From: Felis catus
Taxonomy: Eukaryota
Assembly: GCF_018350175.1 (NCBI RefSeq)
Contig: NC_058369.1
Coordinates: 22,880,001 to 22,944,000, forward strand
Direction: 5' to 3'
Length of the DNA: 64,000 bases
Made by a program: the position numbers and the translations under genes. Numbering within the stretch: the stretch's first letter is position 1; each line of letters opens with the position of its first letter. Below, piece by piece: positions 9,951 through 23,772 of the stretch. The notes under the pieces were generated by a model. It did not search any database and was not told the DNA's origin. It saw only the letters and a program-made list of their open reading frames with translations.

Positions 9951-12900
9951 ATGGATTTAAAATTTTTTACTTTTGTTTTTGCATGTGTATGTGTGTGTGA
10001 GAGACAGAGATAGACAGATTCCAGGATATCAGAAACAAATTTAGACTCTACGCGGTTTGTTTTCTCCTAGGAATTCTGAACTGAAGCTTCTGGAATAGGC
10101 TTGAATCTTGCTTTCATGTTGTCTCCCTACACTAAGTGAATGTGCTGGTGCTGTGGCCAGAAATTTGAATCAGGCGTCAAGATCAGAGGTCAGGCCTGAA
10201 CACATTGTTTTGGTCCTAGGGAGGGAACCTCCCCGCCACATGGCCCTCTGGCACCTGCATCCTCACCAAGACCAGGTGAACTTTCCCGACCCCTGTTTCG
10301 TCAGTTCGAGAGCAGCAGGACCCAAGTGTTTGGCAAGATGCACGCAAGATAATGGTGCTGGAGTGACTCCACAGTTGTCACCCTGAAGTACTCACATTTC
10401 TTCTCTCCTAGTTTAGGTGTCATATTTTCATGTCACAGAATAACTCTGTCTTGACATTCATGGTTTGAGTGGCTGAGTACAAGTTCTTTTAGAAGTTCCT
10501 TCACACTTGTGTGTGTGTGCGTGCATTACACCAACATAGGTCTGCATAGATGTGTGCATGTGTGTGTGACGGGTTTGTGTCTCAGAAGTGGTGTTAATGG
10601 AAGGAGGGTGTCCTGTGCCCACAATGCCCTTTAATGCTTAGGCTTAGGCTCAGGTTTAGGCTTAACCCAGAAGTTGTGCTTGTTGAATACGTGGCTGAGT
10701 GAATGGATGAACAAACAGATGAGTTGATTACCCTGTACTGAGCACCTTAGCTGTATCATCTCGTCTGCCACCAGCCCTGTGTGGTAGGCAGCACACCTAC
10801 ACCATCCTTCACCACCTACTATGACAGCATTCCAGGGCGTGCCTTCCATGGCCTCTGTGCTACAGTTGGGTCTGGCACACAAAAACGGGGTAAAACTCAA
10901 CACACGACTTTGGGTGCTAGTGGGCCATATCCTAAAAAGCAAGTGGGAAGGGCCCCTGCCTGAGGCTCTCTGAAACATTTTGATATTCCTTCGGTCTCCT
11001 TCGCCCTGGGGACTGACCCAGGCAGAGGCCGCTGTCTCCATTCTGGTCCACTTCCAGGCTCTTCCCAGAGCCATCAGGGCGTCTTTGGAGCACGGCAGGC
11101 CCAGGCTTGCATCACAGTCTAGAGGTGCCAGTTTGGTGGACTAGGGAAAGGCAGTGACTTCCCTGAGCCTCAGTTTCCCCATCTGTGAGGTGTGGAGTGT
11201 CATTTGAAGATTACAGGAGATAAGCGTGCAACGCCCAGCATAGCATCTGCATGTGCAGACACTTGACTGATACACTTTGGCTTCTCACACCGAAGCAGTT
11301 TCTAGCCCCGTGTTCCCTAGGGGAGTTCCTAAAGTGGCCCTGCCCCCAAACCCGGGCACAGCCTTGTGCTTCCCTTCGGCTTAGTTTGTAGGGTGAAGTG
11401 CAAATAGGCTGATAAGCATGCCCATTTATTGTCTCCCTCCTCTTCCTGGTCATGGACTTAGGACTCCATTCTCCTAACAGCCTCCCCTTAGGCTCTGTCC
11501 TCCCCCACCCCCCGCCAGCATGCTTTCACCCTGCGCCCCCTCTCCCCGCCCCCCCCCCGCCCCCACCCCCTGCCCCTGCCCAAGCCAGGCTTGTCCTTTC
11601 CTGTGAGCTTCACTAGTGACTTGTCTTTTCTTCTGGCCTCAACCCTGCTCTCCAGAATAGCCCCCTGTCCTTATATCCCCAGTGTAGTGGTTCCTTTTTC
11701 ATTTGACTCTCTCCCCTTGAACTTGAAGGCAGAGGCTGGTTTGTTTTCTTCCATCCCCTTAGGAACCTAGCAGAAGGAATGGAATAGGAAAGATTGTCCA
11801 CTGAACTGAACTGAGTCCTATATTATTACATAACTACCTGAATCCTGCATTACTACAGTACTACCTGGTTCCCACATCACCACATTCCCACATTACTACC
11901 TGATTCCCACATTCCCACAGGTCGTCATAAATGGATTGGTATTTTTTGTTTTCTGTTTTTTGTTTTATTTCCTGCTTGTTGATCTGTACATTCTACTTCT
12001 ATTTGAATTTGATTTCTGAGGGGAATGTTGCTTTTGAAGACAATAGTTTTAGATGTATGTCTAATGAGGTAATACTTTCAGGGTCTTTTACTTTGGTTGT
12101 ATTTTGTAATCTCTCTCTTTTTTTCTGAATAATAGAAATTGAGATGCAGGCTTGAAATGGGATAGGAGCTGAATCTGGGCTAAGAGGAAGTCTACAAGCC
12201 GGTGCCCAGGCAGTAAAGGACATTGTAAGAACAGGAGTGATTGCTAATTGTGTGTTTTTTGTTTTTGTTTTTTTTTTTCACCTGGTGTCTCCACATTTAT
12301 GAAATGTCACAGTAATCATAGAGTTGGAAGCTGACTTTTTTTAAAAAATTTTAATGACTTGGAATTCAAAGTCATTCCTATGATAACACCACTCATAGGA
12401 GCTTGCTTTCTGATCTGTCTTTGGTTGGGACGGGGAGCCACCTTCCACACTCCGAAAGTGATAGCAGTGAGTGTTGGAGCCTTGCTGACAGTCAGGTGTG
12501 TTCCAGGAAGGAAAACGGTAGGACCACTGTCCCCGGACTGACGCAGCCAACCACGATATGCCGCAGGTCCCCAAGAGCGAGAAGGGGACCGCTCTACTGG
12601 AAATGCATGCAGAGCCTCCAGGATTTGGGGAAGAGCAGGGGAAACATGTGGGTAGGCCTCCTCAACAGTCCTCCCTGCAAGGCGCTGGCTCAGGGTGGGG
12701 CTTGTTCAGGGGCGTGCTGTTGGTCTTAGTGTGAAGGTGACACATGTTTGTTGCCGCAGTGAAGACCTGGCCCCCCCCACGAAGGCTCAGGCTGTACTGC
12801 TTGCTCACCCGTAAAGTGGGCATTCTGGCAGCACCTATCTCCCAGGGCGTGGGGAGGGTTAAACCAAGCCCTGTGAAACCGGCACTGTGGCTGGTACCTT

Positions 12901-13569
12901 GTAAAAGCTTAAGAGTCACTTTTGTTAGTATTGCTATAAGAAAGGTATTGAAAAGCCCACGATGGTGAGGCTTATTCCTGGGAATATCTCTGACACCCAA
13001 CAAGGTAATATTCTCTTTTCTCCTGCACTTTGCAAGGCCTTTTATTACTGGAGTTTACATCAAGAAAATTCAGTGAACAGCAGACTGTGTGGACCCAGAG
13101 TTGCTTGTGGGTATCAGAAGCCCAGGAGCACCTTCCGTATGCGGTGGGGTCCCTCGGGTCCCCGGCCCTCACCCCTGCCCTCCTCTGCCTCATCGTGTTC
13201 AGATTTGGACACGGGCAGCCTCTGTGAGTCCAGGCCCTACTGCTCAGGCCACGTGGCTGTCGGGAACCTTGATGTCAATGTCAATTAGATATCAATTATA
13301 AGGCTTCAAATAATGCTCTTTGCTTTCCTTTTGGGGACCCTCAGCTGTTTGGTGGCACTACCCTTAGAAAGGACATGAAGCAAGATTTCTTCCTTTTCAC
13401 ATCTCGCACTCGTTCCCCTCTTTGTAGCTCCCAGTTAATGGAATCTTCTGTCCAGGATGCCCTACCCATTGTCCTTGGAGACACTCACCTGCCCGTGAGT
13501 CCACTGATGTCTCCCTCTGTCAGTATGTCCCCTCTGGATAACATGCTACGTGCAGGCACATGCATGACC

Positions 13570-13730
13570 GGATACAATACAGTCCTACCCACAACCCAGT
13601 GAGGTAGGAGCCCTTATTGTTTCCATTTTACAGGTGAGAATACTGAAGCTTTGAGACCTGCTGAGGATGAGTCAGTGAGGGAAATGGGCAAGTCAGCATG
13701 TAACCCTGGCCCTGTCTTCAGAACCACTGG
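13570..13730 (-). mobile_element. MIR SINE fragment
   Basis: Antisense MIR core 'ccattttacaggtgagaatactgaagct'. Confidence 0.6.
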
Positions 13731-15000
13731 GACACCTGCCTCTCCATACTGTGTCCTGTGTACTGCCAGTGCACCCACTGGCTGTGCCCCAGTGTTCAGT
13801 TAGCCGTGTCATGCCTGCTTACAGGCACACTTCACATGTGCAGCACATGCAAGGCCCTGTTTTGTCAAAGTGTGCGATTTTCTTCTCAGCGTGCAAAAAC
13901 GCTCCATAAATGAAAACCAGTCTTATTTTACATAAACACTCCCCATCTCTTCCCCTGATCAAAATAAATGTTGCGGCAGAGAGCCTTTTTAAAAATGTAA
14001 AGCAAATTCTGCACCGGAATGTCAGTGGGTACCAACTGCTCACACGTTAGGGATATTTCTGTCGGGGGATGAGACAGTTCCACATTTAATCCTGCAAACC
14101 TGCCATGCCAGAATGCATACAAGTGGGTGAGGAGATAATGATTCGCAATGCAGAAAGGCTCTTCACCTCACCAGAAAGATCCCCACAGCATGTTCAGGAG
14201 AAGCAAATTCCTCCAGTGTAATGGCTGGAGTGACATTTGCAGAGCTGGGACCCAGGGACCCTGCCACCATATATTGATTTAATGGATACTCACAGAGAAC
14301 CTCTTGGGTGCAGATCTCAGGCGTGAGAGGTGAGGTGAGGTCTGGTGAAGAATGGGGAGACGCTGCCCGTGCTCTCGTGAAGCTCAGAGGCCGGCCGGGA
14401 GGCAGGTGGGAAGTAAGCCCTCCACTCAACATTTGGTGAGACCAGAGGGCTGCTGTGAGAAGGGGGCTGTGGCCCAGGGACGCTGTGGCCCAGGGACAGT
14501 GTGGCCTAAGGTGAGGGACACACTGGGCCCATGGTGATATAGTGGTGAGGGATGACCACGATCAGAAGGCATTTTCCTGGGGAAGGGTGAGGGGGATGGT
14601 TTGATGGTGGGCTGGGGTGGGAGGGGTAGAACAGGGGGTGTTGCAGGAAGAGGGATCAGGTTGCACAATATATCGCTAAGGGGCCCTTGAGAAAATGTTT
14701 TGGGGTGAAACAAGGAAGGAGATGCTGTGTAACATTAGTCACACTTGGTGGTCCGCTGTGTACATGAGGTATTCAAGGAGCATGTGTTTCTACCACAGAG
14801 AAGGCCGTTCGGTTGTATGAGTCTGCTTTCTCCAAATTTAGTTGATTTGAGTATCACGTTACCATGGAATAGCCACCAGTTTCTCAGAAGGCATGGGATT
14901 CTCTGGGATCAGGAGACGCTGGTGAGCTGGAGCTCTGTGTGCCCAGGTAGAAGGCCCAGTGGTGCAGCAGAGGAAAAGATGTAGAAGAAAATGCATTGTA

Positions 15001-15003
<3 letters not shown>

Positions 15004-15051
<48 letters not shown>
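15004..15051. repeat. (TG)n microsatellite
   Basis: About 24 perfect TG units. Confidence 0.95.
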
Positions 15052-15053
<2 letters not shown>

Positions 15054-18000
15054 GGATATACATAAATGGTTGCGTATAGAGAACATTACTGGAGGGATGT
15101 ACAGGAAATTAAAGTACTTACTTTCCACTTTTCACCCTTTTGTTCATATTGAATGTTTTATCATGAACATGTGTTTTTGGGGGCCAATTAAAAGCGAAAG
15201 AACAAAAGAACTTGATTTACAAAAGCTACTCATCTACAAGTAGTTTTCAGGTATGTGGGAAAACACCTGCATGTCGCTTGTTACCGGCTTTCCAGCTGAT
15301 AGTTCTTTTGGCTTCGTGGTGGCCATGGTTGACAATGGTTTTGTTTGAGGCAGGACAACCATTGAGTAAGTTGTTTGTGCGTGGACGCTGCCTTCGTTGA
15401 AGGTTGTATTTAGTGTCATATTGTGTCCTTATGGTGGAAGTGGTTATTTTCATACAAACGATGTTGGCCTCGGAAAAGAGAAATGTGCTCCCTCTAAAGT
15501 GATTCCATAATACCCCAGTCACCCGCTGGCGAGTGTTGCAGACATGGGGATGCCCTGCCTCAAATATGAAGAACATTCTGCACTTGGGGAAAAAATGTAT
15601 CAGTGCTTCCAAGGGTCAGATGGAAAACCAGGATTAGAAGTGAGGGTTTTTGGTTTCCAGGCAGAGGCAGGCAGCGTGCAGTCTGGTTTTGTGCTCCCTC
15701 GTGGGCATTATCTCGGATAACTCGCAGAAGGGCCATGAGGTCCGCTGTCCCTGGGCTTCAGTGTACCTTTCAGAGGTGAGAAAGTCCCTGGTGGAGGCCC
15801 AGGGCTAAGGGGGCCAATGGTGTGTCCCAGCCAGCCCCTGCTGTGTCAGGTCCCCTCATCAAGCCTGGCCAGCATTGGTGACATGTGTCATGGGGATTGG
15901 GATCAGAGATGGCATCTTCACTACCTGAAGGATGCCTGATGGCACAGGTAGGCATTGGGGACAGGACACCCACTCGCAGGTGTGTTCTCTGCTCTGTGCC
16001 ACCAGGTCCTCAAAATGCCTGCTAGTGAAATTGTGATGTCCAAAAATGTGCCTCAGATATTTGAGGCGGGCCTCTAGTAAAAATGGCTTTGGTTGCTTTA
16101 CTTATTTTTCAACACATGATTCTCTGTGTGATGGGGAAAGCTCCCTTTCATAATCTCCAAAGGCCACTGTCTCATATTCTTCTTGCACTTTGAAGTGGGA
16201 GAGCCTCTCTGCTGATCTTACTCTCTTCTTTCCCCTCTTGCTTCACCACAGTACAATTCCTGAGTGTCCTCTGCCTCATCAGCTGCCACTGCCCTGTTTC
16301 GCGTCCACATGTAGATGTTTGTCTATCTCCATATGCAGACCGGCACAACACACTGTGACTTTACCTTTTGGCAGGTGGGTTAATCCACATCCCAGAGAGA
16401 TTGAAGCCATGAGACGCTTACGTGGCAAAACTTGGACTGGAGTTAAAAAGTCTTCCAGCTCTCAATCTGCGCTTTCCTCCCTAGAGCTTGAAGCAGAGCC
16501 TCTACAGTTGAATCTGTGTGGACACATCTTCCCTCAGGTCTACTTTATTCAAGGCACGGTGCTGGGTCCAAGGAAGCTGGATCATTCTCATTCTTCAGAG
16601 ACTCTTCTGGGGTGGGTTTTCATATCCTCCATTCACTGCCATCGAAGGCAGCAGAGAGGATGGTAAATAGCAGGACACAGGGCCTCGGGAACCCAGATGA
16701 GGTGATGAGGGCCTGGCTGTTGGGGCACAGGCTCAGGACCAGTCAGGTGCCCATGACAGGCCAGCATTAGGGAGGTGGCGGGCAGCTTTCCTTGGCGGGA
16801 GCAGGAGCCCTGAGGAAAGGGAGAATTTGGTTGAGCCCTCCTGTGGTACGCATAGAATGGGGTGGTGGTCGTTTGTTTTTCCACAAACCAGACTTTAGAG
16901 AATGCTTAGAAGCTGTTTGCTCAGTGAGGCCTGACAGTGTTCCTGGAATGATCTCTCGGATTTCAAGAACAGGGTGTCACAGGATGTCGCACTCTCTGTT
17001 CTCGTCTCTCTACTTTCCCCCGCATCCCTTGGCAGCACCTGCCTCGGGATCCTTCCCCATCCTTCACTCATTAGCCATGTCTCCCTTCACAGGATGTCTG
17101 CCTGGCTCAAATAGATGAGCTTATATAAGGGTTTATCCTTTTTTTTTTTTTCTTTTTTTTTTTATTGCCAGTTTACTCTCCTCCCAAAGATTTTCAGTAA
17201 AAAAAAAAAAAGAAAAAAAAAGTGGCCAAATCACCTTTTCGCCCTGAGCCCAAATGGTCTTTCTCCTTTGCTCTTCTTGCTCTGCCCTTTCCTTTGTGAA
17301 CAGAGTCTCGCAAATGGCTGAGTGAGCCTCACAGGCTGCCAAAGGCACTAGTTTTTAAAGTATTGTTTGGGGCCGTGGTGATGAATGAAAAGAAGGGCAC
17401 TAAAGAACAGAACTGTCAGCTTTGCATGCAAGAAACACAGAACTCACAGAGAAGTGTCATTCTTTTTACTCCTTTTGAGGGAAACAAGTTGATACCGAGA
17501 AAGTGTCAACACAAGCTCCATCAAGGTGCTCGTGTTTCCTGAGGGGGTAACGATGGGTAAGGAGGACAGCAGTCGCCATGTCTGTGTGCTGACTGTGGGC
17601 ACCTGCTGCCTGGAGTGCTCTGTCTACACTGTCTCCCCAGACACGCACAGCCACCCCCATGAGGAGGAGATAATCAAGTCTGGTGGCTCAGTGGATGGGC
17701 TGTGAGGCCAAACAGCGTTGGATCAAGGCTCCATCACTCAGCTGCTGTGTGATTTGAGGCAACATCTTTGAGCACTTTGTGCCTCAGGGGAGAATAACTA
17801 TGCGCAACTCAACACGTGGAGTTTTTGTGGGGACGAGATGAGAGAAAGACAGATACTCTAGCATATCAGAAGGCTCAGAGAGGATTAGCCACCGTTACGG
17901 CCACTCTTCACCCATGTTACAGATGAGAAGACCGAGGCTCAGGGAGGTGCAGTTACTTGTCCAGGTCTGAATTCAGATCCAGTTCTGCTAGACTCCAAAG

Positions 18001-18120
18001 CCTGTCATCTTATCTGCCATGGTTTAATGAGTACTGGGAGTCTCCCAAGGGAGGGGTCAGGGGGAAGCCCAGCACGCAGGCTGTTCCTCACTGACATTCA
18101 GCCTGGTCACAGCCCGATCA

Positions 18121-18197
18121 TGATGGCTCCATGGCTTTTGTTCTCAGTGACAGTTTGTTCTCAGTGATGGCTCCATGGCTTTTGTTCTCAGTGACAG
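18121..18197. repeat. Local 33-bp direct duplication with an 11-bp templated spacer
   Basis: tgatggctccatggcttttgttctcagtgacag at 18121-18153 and 18165-18197; the spacer tttgttctcag is copied from inside the unit. Confidence 0.9.
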
Positions 18198-19059
18198 GCC
18201 AACCTGTAGCCGAGAAGCATCAGTGTGGCTGAGTTGGTGGTTTGAATGTTGAAACAGCGTGTGGAGTTGGTGACTAGCCTTCAGGGCTGAGGCTTATGCC
18301 CATCGTTCCTGGTCAGCACCTGCCAGGTAGACACCGAGTATTACCCAGGTGTGGTGGCTCTGCATTCTTTTGGCTGCAGTTTAACATGGCTCATTGGCAG
18401 TGACCTCAGCAATGGGTAGATGTATGTCTTCTCTTGGATGCCTAGGGGCTCTAACTCTCCTCTGAGAGATCTACGCCTTTGCCTCATCTCTCCTGATGTA
18501 CCCCTTGGCTACCTGGCTTTGGTCCCAGATTCTAGCTGCTCTGACTCCCTACTTGGTTCACACACCTAGAGGTGGCTAAGGACCTCTGGGGCTTTCCCAT
18601 AGCCCGGGGACCAGAACCCCGCTCAGCTAAGGAGTGAGCCTAGGGTTTCCCTGGGTATCCCAGCAGAGACGATGAGGGTGGCAGCCTACACCCCAGCTCA
18701 TAGCCCTCAGAATCCCTGGGGTTCTTATTCTCGGGTGAATCTTCCTTCTAATGAAACATAGTGGCTTCCATAATTATTCTTGATGGAATCTTTTCAGGGT
18801 CTGCAGAGATTTTTTTTTTTTTTTTTGGTTTTAAACTGGGGTGAGTTGGATGGGGTAGAATCTTTCACTGGCAGGTGTAGTGCCAGCACCATAGCTGCTG
18901 TGTGTCTGGGTGGTTATGAGTGCAGGCTTGGGGTCCAATCCTTGCTCTGCCAGACTGGACCAGCTGGTAACCTCTGTGAGAGTTAGTCAATTACACAGGG
19001 CCCAGGATCCCCATAGTCTGATGGTCAGAAGCCACATGAGAGACTGGAAAAGAGCAGTC

Positions 19060-19230
19060 GAGAGAGGGTTGAGGGAAGAAAGCAGCGGAGGGATGGCGGA
19101 GGAGAGGAAAGGGGAGGGATGGGGAGGGGGAAGGAAGAAGGAGTGAGAAGGAGAAGGATGAAAGGAGGGGAGAGGGAGAGAGGAGGGGAGGAGCGGGGGG
19201 AGGGGGAAGGAAGGAAGAGAGAGAGAGAGT
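19060..19230 (+). repeat. Purine-rich (GA/GGA) low-complexity tract
   Basis: Nearly pure A/G sequence with several G3-G5 runs. Confidence 0.8.
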
Positions 19231-21293
19231 CCATGCCAGGGTCCCCTTGGCCTCAGCCACCTGGCTGGTTATTTTAGTGGCTGGTATTATTGAGACTCTG
19301 ACTCCAGAAATGTTCTGTGCTTATGCTGACACATTTCATTCTAGAATTGAGATTTCTTTGCCCCTGTAGCTCATTCTAAAGAGTTTGAAGAAGAAGATAC
19401 GACCAGAAGTTGTTTCAACTGTCAAGATATGAAATACCTTTTGACACTTTTCACCCGTTTTTCCCCTCCCAAGTCTCACTCAAGTTAATAAAAAAGGAGA
19501 CAGGACTGGGGGTTTGATGGTTATTTTTTACTTATACAGGAAAAGCCACCTTCATCCTTCAAATTCAGAGTTGCATAAAGTATTTGGAAATGACATTTAT
19601 TAGCTAATATTAGGAATTGACAAGTACATTATCACTTGAGCAAACACAGGACTCAGAGGAGGAGGGTGGAAAACTAATAGATCGTCCTGGATGCAGGAGC
19701 CCAATGTGCTGTCTGCACAAGCAAGGCACACTCACACAGCTCCGAGCCAGCCTGTCTGCGGGGATGGGCTTCCACCTGCTGGCTTCCATCGGGTGACAGG
19801 TGAGAAATGAAATGGCACCACACATGTGCGGTGTGGGTGTTATGAAGGTCCATTGTTCCCCACTTGCCAAGAAGTTATCCCTAAGGAAGGGCACTCCTCA
19901 CGGGCCATTTATAAATTAGAGGTTCATCCCTAGGTGTTAACAGAGGTGACTCTGCTAAGCAAGGGGGCTTCACAGATGGGGACTGAGCCTGGACCGCAGT
20001 CAGCCCAGAGGCCACGGGGTGGACACTCCCATCCATCCTCCAGAGTCTTAATGTGCTCTTGGTCATACATACTAGTATGTGACAGGCAGGGATGGCTCTT
20101 TTCATGGAATCAGAATCTGGAGACCAGCAGACCCACACCAGCGTGAATCTGAGATGAAGTCAGACCTCCAAACAGTGGTGTGGAGCCTCTGCTGAGCTCT
20201 GTCCCCTTTTCAGAGAACGCGTTAACAAAGGTAATATGTTTTTCCCATTTTAAGAAGTCTCTCTTCTTAATAAATAGCTTAGTCATAGGAGACACGTAAT
20301 ACACTTTCAGGTTGTGCCAAAAAGAGCTTTATCTTCCATTTCCGGGCCTGTGGCATATATTTCTGGATAATGGATGGCCAACTTAGGAAGAACGGTTTCA
20401 GAGATACTCTGCGTCTGGAGAGATGTGGTTTACGTTAGCTCAACTGACAGAAATCTAAGTCAGACGTTCTGTTGACAAAGGATGGAGATCAAAGTCTGAT
20501 TTTAAATGGGTAGTGATGATTAACTTATTTGCTGAGAAGTACAACTGTGTGCTGGTGCTGAGTAGCTTAAGCAGAGGCCACTGGGGGGCTTGTCCAGTGT
20601 CAGATGGTAGAGGGGAGATTGCTGGGGCCAAGGCAGTCCTGGCCAGGAAGAGAAGCAAGGAGTCTGAACACATCCCTTAGGGGTTGGTGTGTCTGAGTTA
20701 AAAATACCAAGATGAGAGATCTCAATACCGTGGAAGTGGCAATGGCTGGCAGTGAGGAGGCTGGTCCACAAAAGGACAAGTGAAATTCCTAATGGCTAAT
20801 GTTTACAGTGTAAACACTGTATAGGTGTTTACATGTGCAACAGCTGATAATTCAAAAATGGCTCATGCAGTCTCCCCCCCCCCCCCACAGCCTTTCTCAC
20901 ATGGTAACACGCTGGGCTACCAAGAAGAGGCCACTTACATCCATCAGAGGTGCTGGGCTGGCACTTCTCCCAGCCTGAGAGCTGAGGGGTCCGTGTCTTG
21001 GCCCAGCAGCCGGAGGACTGGCCTTAGTGTTTGATCTTAGAGGCAGATGAACCTGGGGCTTCACGTAGCTGTTTTGTCAGTGTACTTGGCTCTAATGCAT
21101 GAGCAGTTTACAAAGCCCAGAAGTGACTGAGTCCAGAGCCAGCATCATGAAGGTGTCAAAGAGCCAGAAGTAATTTTCAGTACTAAACAGAGACCCTGGG
21201 GACACCGGGCAGCAGAGGGTGGGGCAGTGGTTCTCACCTCACGCCATTTACTCCTTAAAAATCAGTCAGAGAGCTCCTTTTAAAACAACAACA

Positions 21294-21423
21294 GGGGTAC
21301 CTGGGTGGCTCAGTCAGTTGAGCGTTCGGCTTTGGCTCGGGTCATGATCTCATGGTTCATGAGGTCGAGCCCGTGTTGGAATCTGTGCTGACAGCTCAGA
21401 GCTGGGATCCTGCTTTGGATCCC

Positions 21424-21478
<55 letters not shown>

Positions 21479-21526
21479 CCACCCCCCTCTCAAAAATAAA
21501 TAAACATTAAAAAAGATTTTTAAATA
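21294..21526 (+). mobile_element. Can-SINE
   Basis: Head ggggtacctgggtggctcagtc, (CT)n tract, A-rich tail; TSD aaaacaacaaca at 21282-21293 and 21527-21538. Confidence 0.93.
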
Positions 21527-22264
21527 AAAACAACAACAAACAACAGCTTTATCGAGATCTAGTTTGCTTATTCAGAGTGTACGCCTCTGTGTTTTTAGTG
21601 TATTCACAGAGCTGTACGATCATCACCTCAGTCAATTTGAGAACGTTTTCATCATCTCAGATGTATCCTTTAGGGATCAACCACCTAACCCCCTCCCCAT
21701 GCCTCCCAGCCGTAAGCAACCACTAGCTTATTTCCCATCTCTGTGGGTTTGCCTTTTCTGGACATTTCATATAAATGTAATTGTATATATGTAATCTTTT
21801 GTGACTGGCTTATGCCACTTAGCATGTTTTCAGGACCCATCCATGTTGTAACATCATTCAATATTCACTCCTTTTTTGTGGCTGAATAATATTCATCTGT
21901 AGCATATACTACAGTTTGTTGTATATCATCTATCCATTCATCGGTTGATAGGATTTAGGTTCTTGCCTTTTGACTCTTACGAGTAATACTGCTATAAATA
22001 TTCAACTACAAGGTGTTGTGTGGACATGTTTTGATTTCCCTTGGGTATATACTCAGCAGTGGAGTTGCTAGATCTTATGGTTACTCTGTGTTCAGCCATT
22101 TGAGGAAGTGCCAGACTGTTTTCCACAGTGGCTGCACCATTTTCCATTCCCACCAGCATTGTTCTTATTTCTCTGCATTCTTGCTAACATTTCCTATTGT
22201 CAGGGTTTTTGTTTGTTTGTTTGTTTATAACCATAGATGTGTGAGAAATCTCATTGTGGTTTTG

Positions 22265-22453
22265 TTTTTAATTTTGTTTTTATTTTAGAGAGTGTTCAAG
22301 GGGGGAGAGGGGTAGAAGGAGAGAGAGAATCTCAAGCAGGCCCCATGCTCAGTGAAGAGCCCAACACAGGGCTTGATCCCACAACCCTGGGAACATGACC
22401 TGAGCTGAAATCAAGAGTCAGAAACTCAACCAACTGAGCCATCCAGGCTCCCC
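22265..22453 (-). mobile_element. Can-SINE nested in L1
   Basis: TSD ctcattgt(g/a)gttttg at 22250-22264 and 22454-22468. Confidence 0.9.
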
Positions 22454-23659
22454 CTCATTGTAGTTTTGATCTGTAGTTCCCTGATGACTAATGATTTTAA
22501 ACATCTTTTCATATGCTTGTTGGCCATTTGTGTATCTTCTTTAGAGAGATGTTTATTTAGATCCTTTGTTTTTAATTGAGTGTCTTTTTATTATTGAGTT
22601 GTAAGAGTTGTTAATTTGTTCTGGATATAAGATATGATTTGTGTATAATATATCAGTTATAATTTGTAATATTTTCTCCTATGGGTTGGCTTTTCACTTT
22701 TTTGATGGTGTTCTTTGAAACACAAAAGTTTTTAATTGTGATCAAGTATAATTTGTGTATTTTTAAAATTGTGTTGCCATGCTTTTGGTATCATAGCTAA
22801 GAATTCATTGCTCAACTAAGGTTATGAAACTTTAGTCCTATGTTTTCTCCTAAGAGCTGTATAGTTTTAGCCCTCAAATTTAGGTCTTTGATCTATTTTT
22901 AGTTCATTTTTTGTGGCATAAGATAAGGGTCCAACTTCATTCTTTTGCTTGTGCTATCCAGTTGTCGTAGCACTATTTGTTGAAAAGACTATTCTTTCTT
23001 ACATTGAATGGTCATGCCTCTCTGTGGAAAATCAATTCACCATAGACAAACAGGTTTATTTCTGGATCTTCAATTTTGTTCAATTTATCTGTATGCCTAT
23101 CCTTATGTCAGTCTTGATTACTATTGCTTTGTAATAAGTTTTGAAATAAGCAAGTGTGAATCTACCAACTTTTTTCTTCTTTCTCAAGATTGTTTTGGTT
23201 ATTCTGGATTTCTTGCAACTCTATCTGAAAGTCAGCCAGGATGCTGATAGAGATTGTACTGAATTTGTAGGTTGCTTTGGAGTGTATTACCATCTTAACA
23301 ATATTAAATCTTCCAGTCCATGAACATGAGATATTTTCCATTTATTTGGATTTTTAATTTCTTCCAACATAGTTTTGTAGTTTTAAGAATATAGGTTTTG
23401 CATTTATTTGTTAAATAAATTTCAAAGTATTTTGTTTTTGATGCTATTGTGAATGAAGTTATTTTAATTCATTTTTGGGTTGTTTATTGCACATTTATAG
23501 AAATGTAATTTATTTTAATATATTTGATCTTGTATTCTTCAACTTGCTCAACTTGTTTATTCTAATAGTTTTTTTAACTGATTTTTTAGGATTTTCTGTG
23601 TGAAGAGATGATTTGCCATCAGTGAAGAGATGATTTTACTTTGTGCTTTCCAATCTGGA

Positions 23660-23694
23660 TTCCTTCCTTCCTTCCTTTCTTCCTTCCTTCCTTC

Positions 23695-23772
<78 letters not shown>
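23660..23772. repeat. (TTCC)n(TTTC)n tetranucleotide microsatellite
   Basis: Direct reading; polypyrimidine tract inside the L1. Confidence 0.95.

Noticed and set aside
10637..10665. (TTAGGC)-like repeats resembling telomeric sequence
   Set aside because: Only about four imperfect units and not the vertebrate TTAGGG; ordinary microsatellite
13621..13640. ttccattttacag|gtgaga as a recursive splice site
   Set aside because: It is a one-base variant of the antisense MIR core (ccattttacagatgag), which is very common genome-wide
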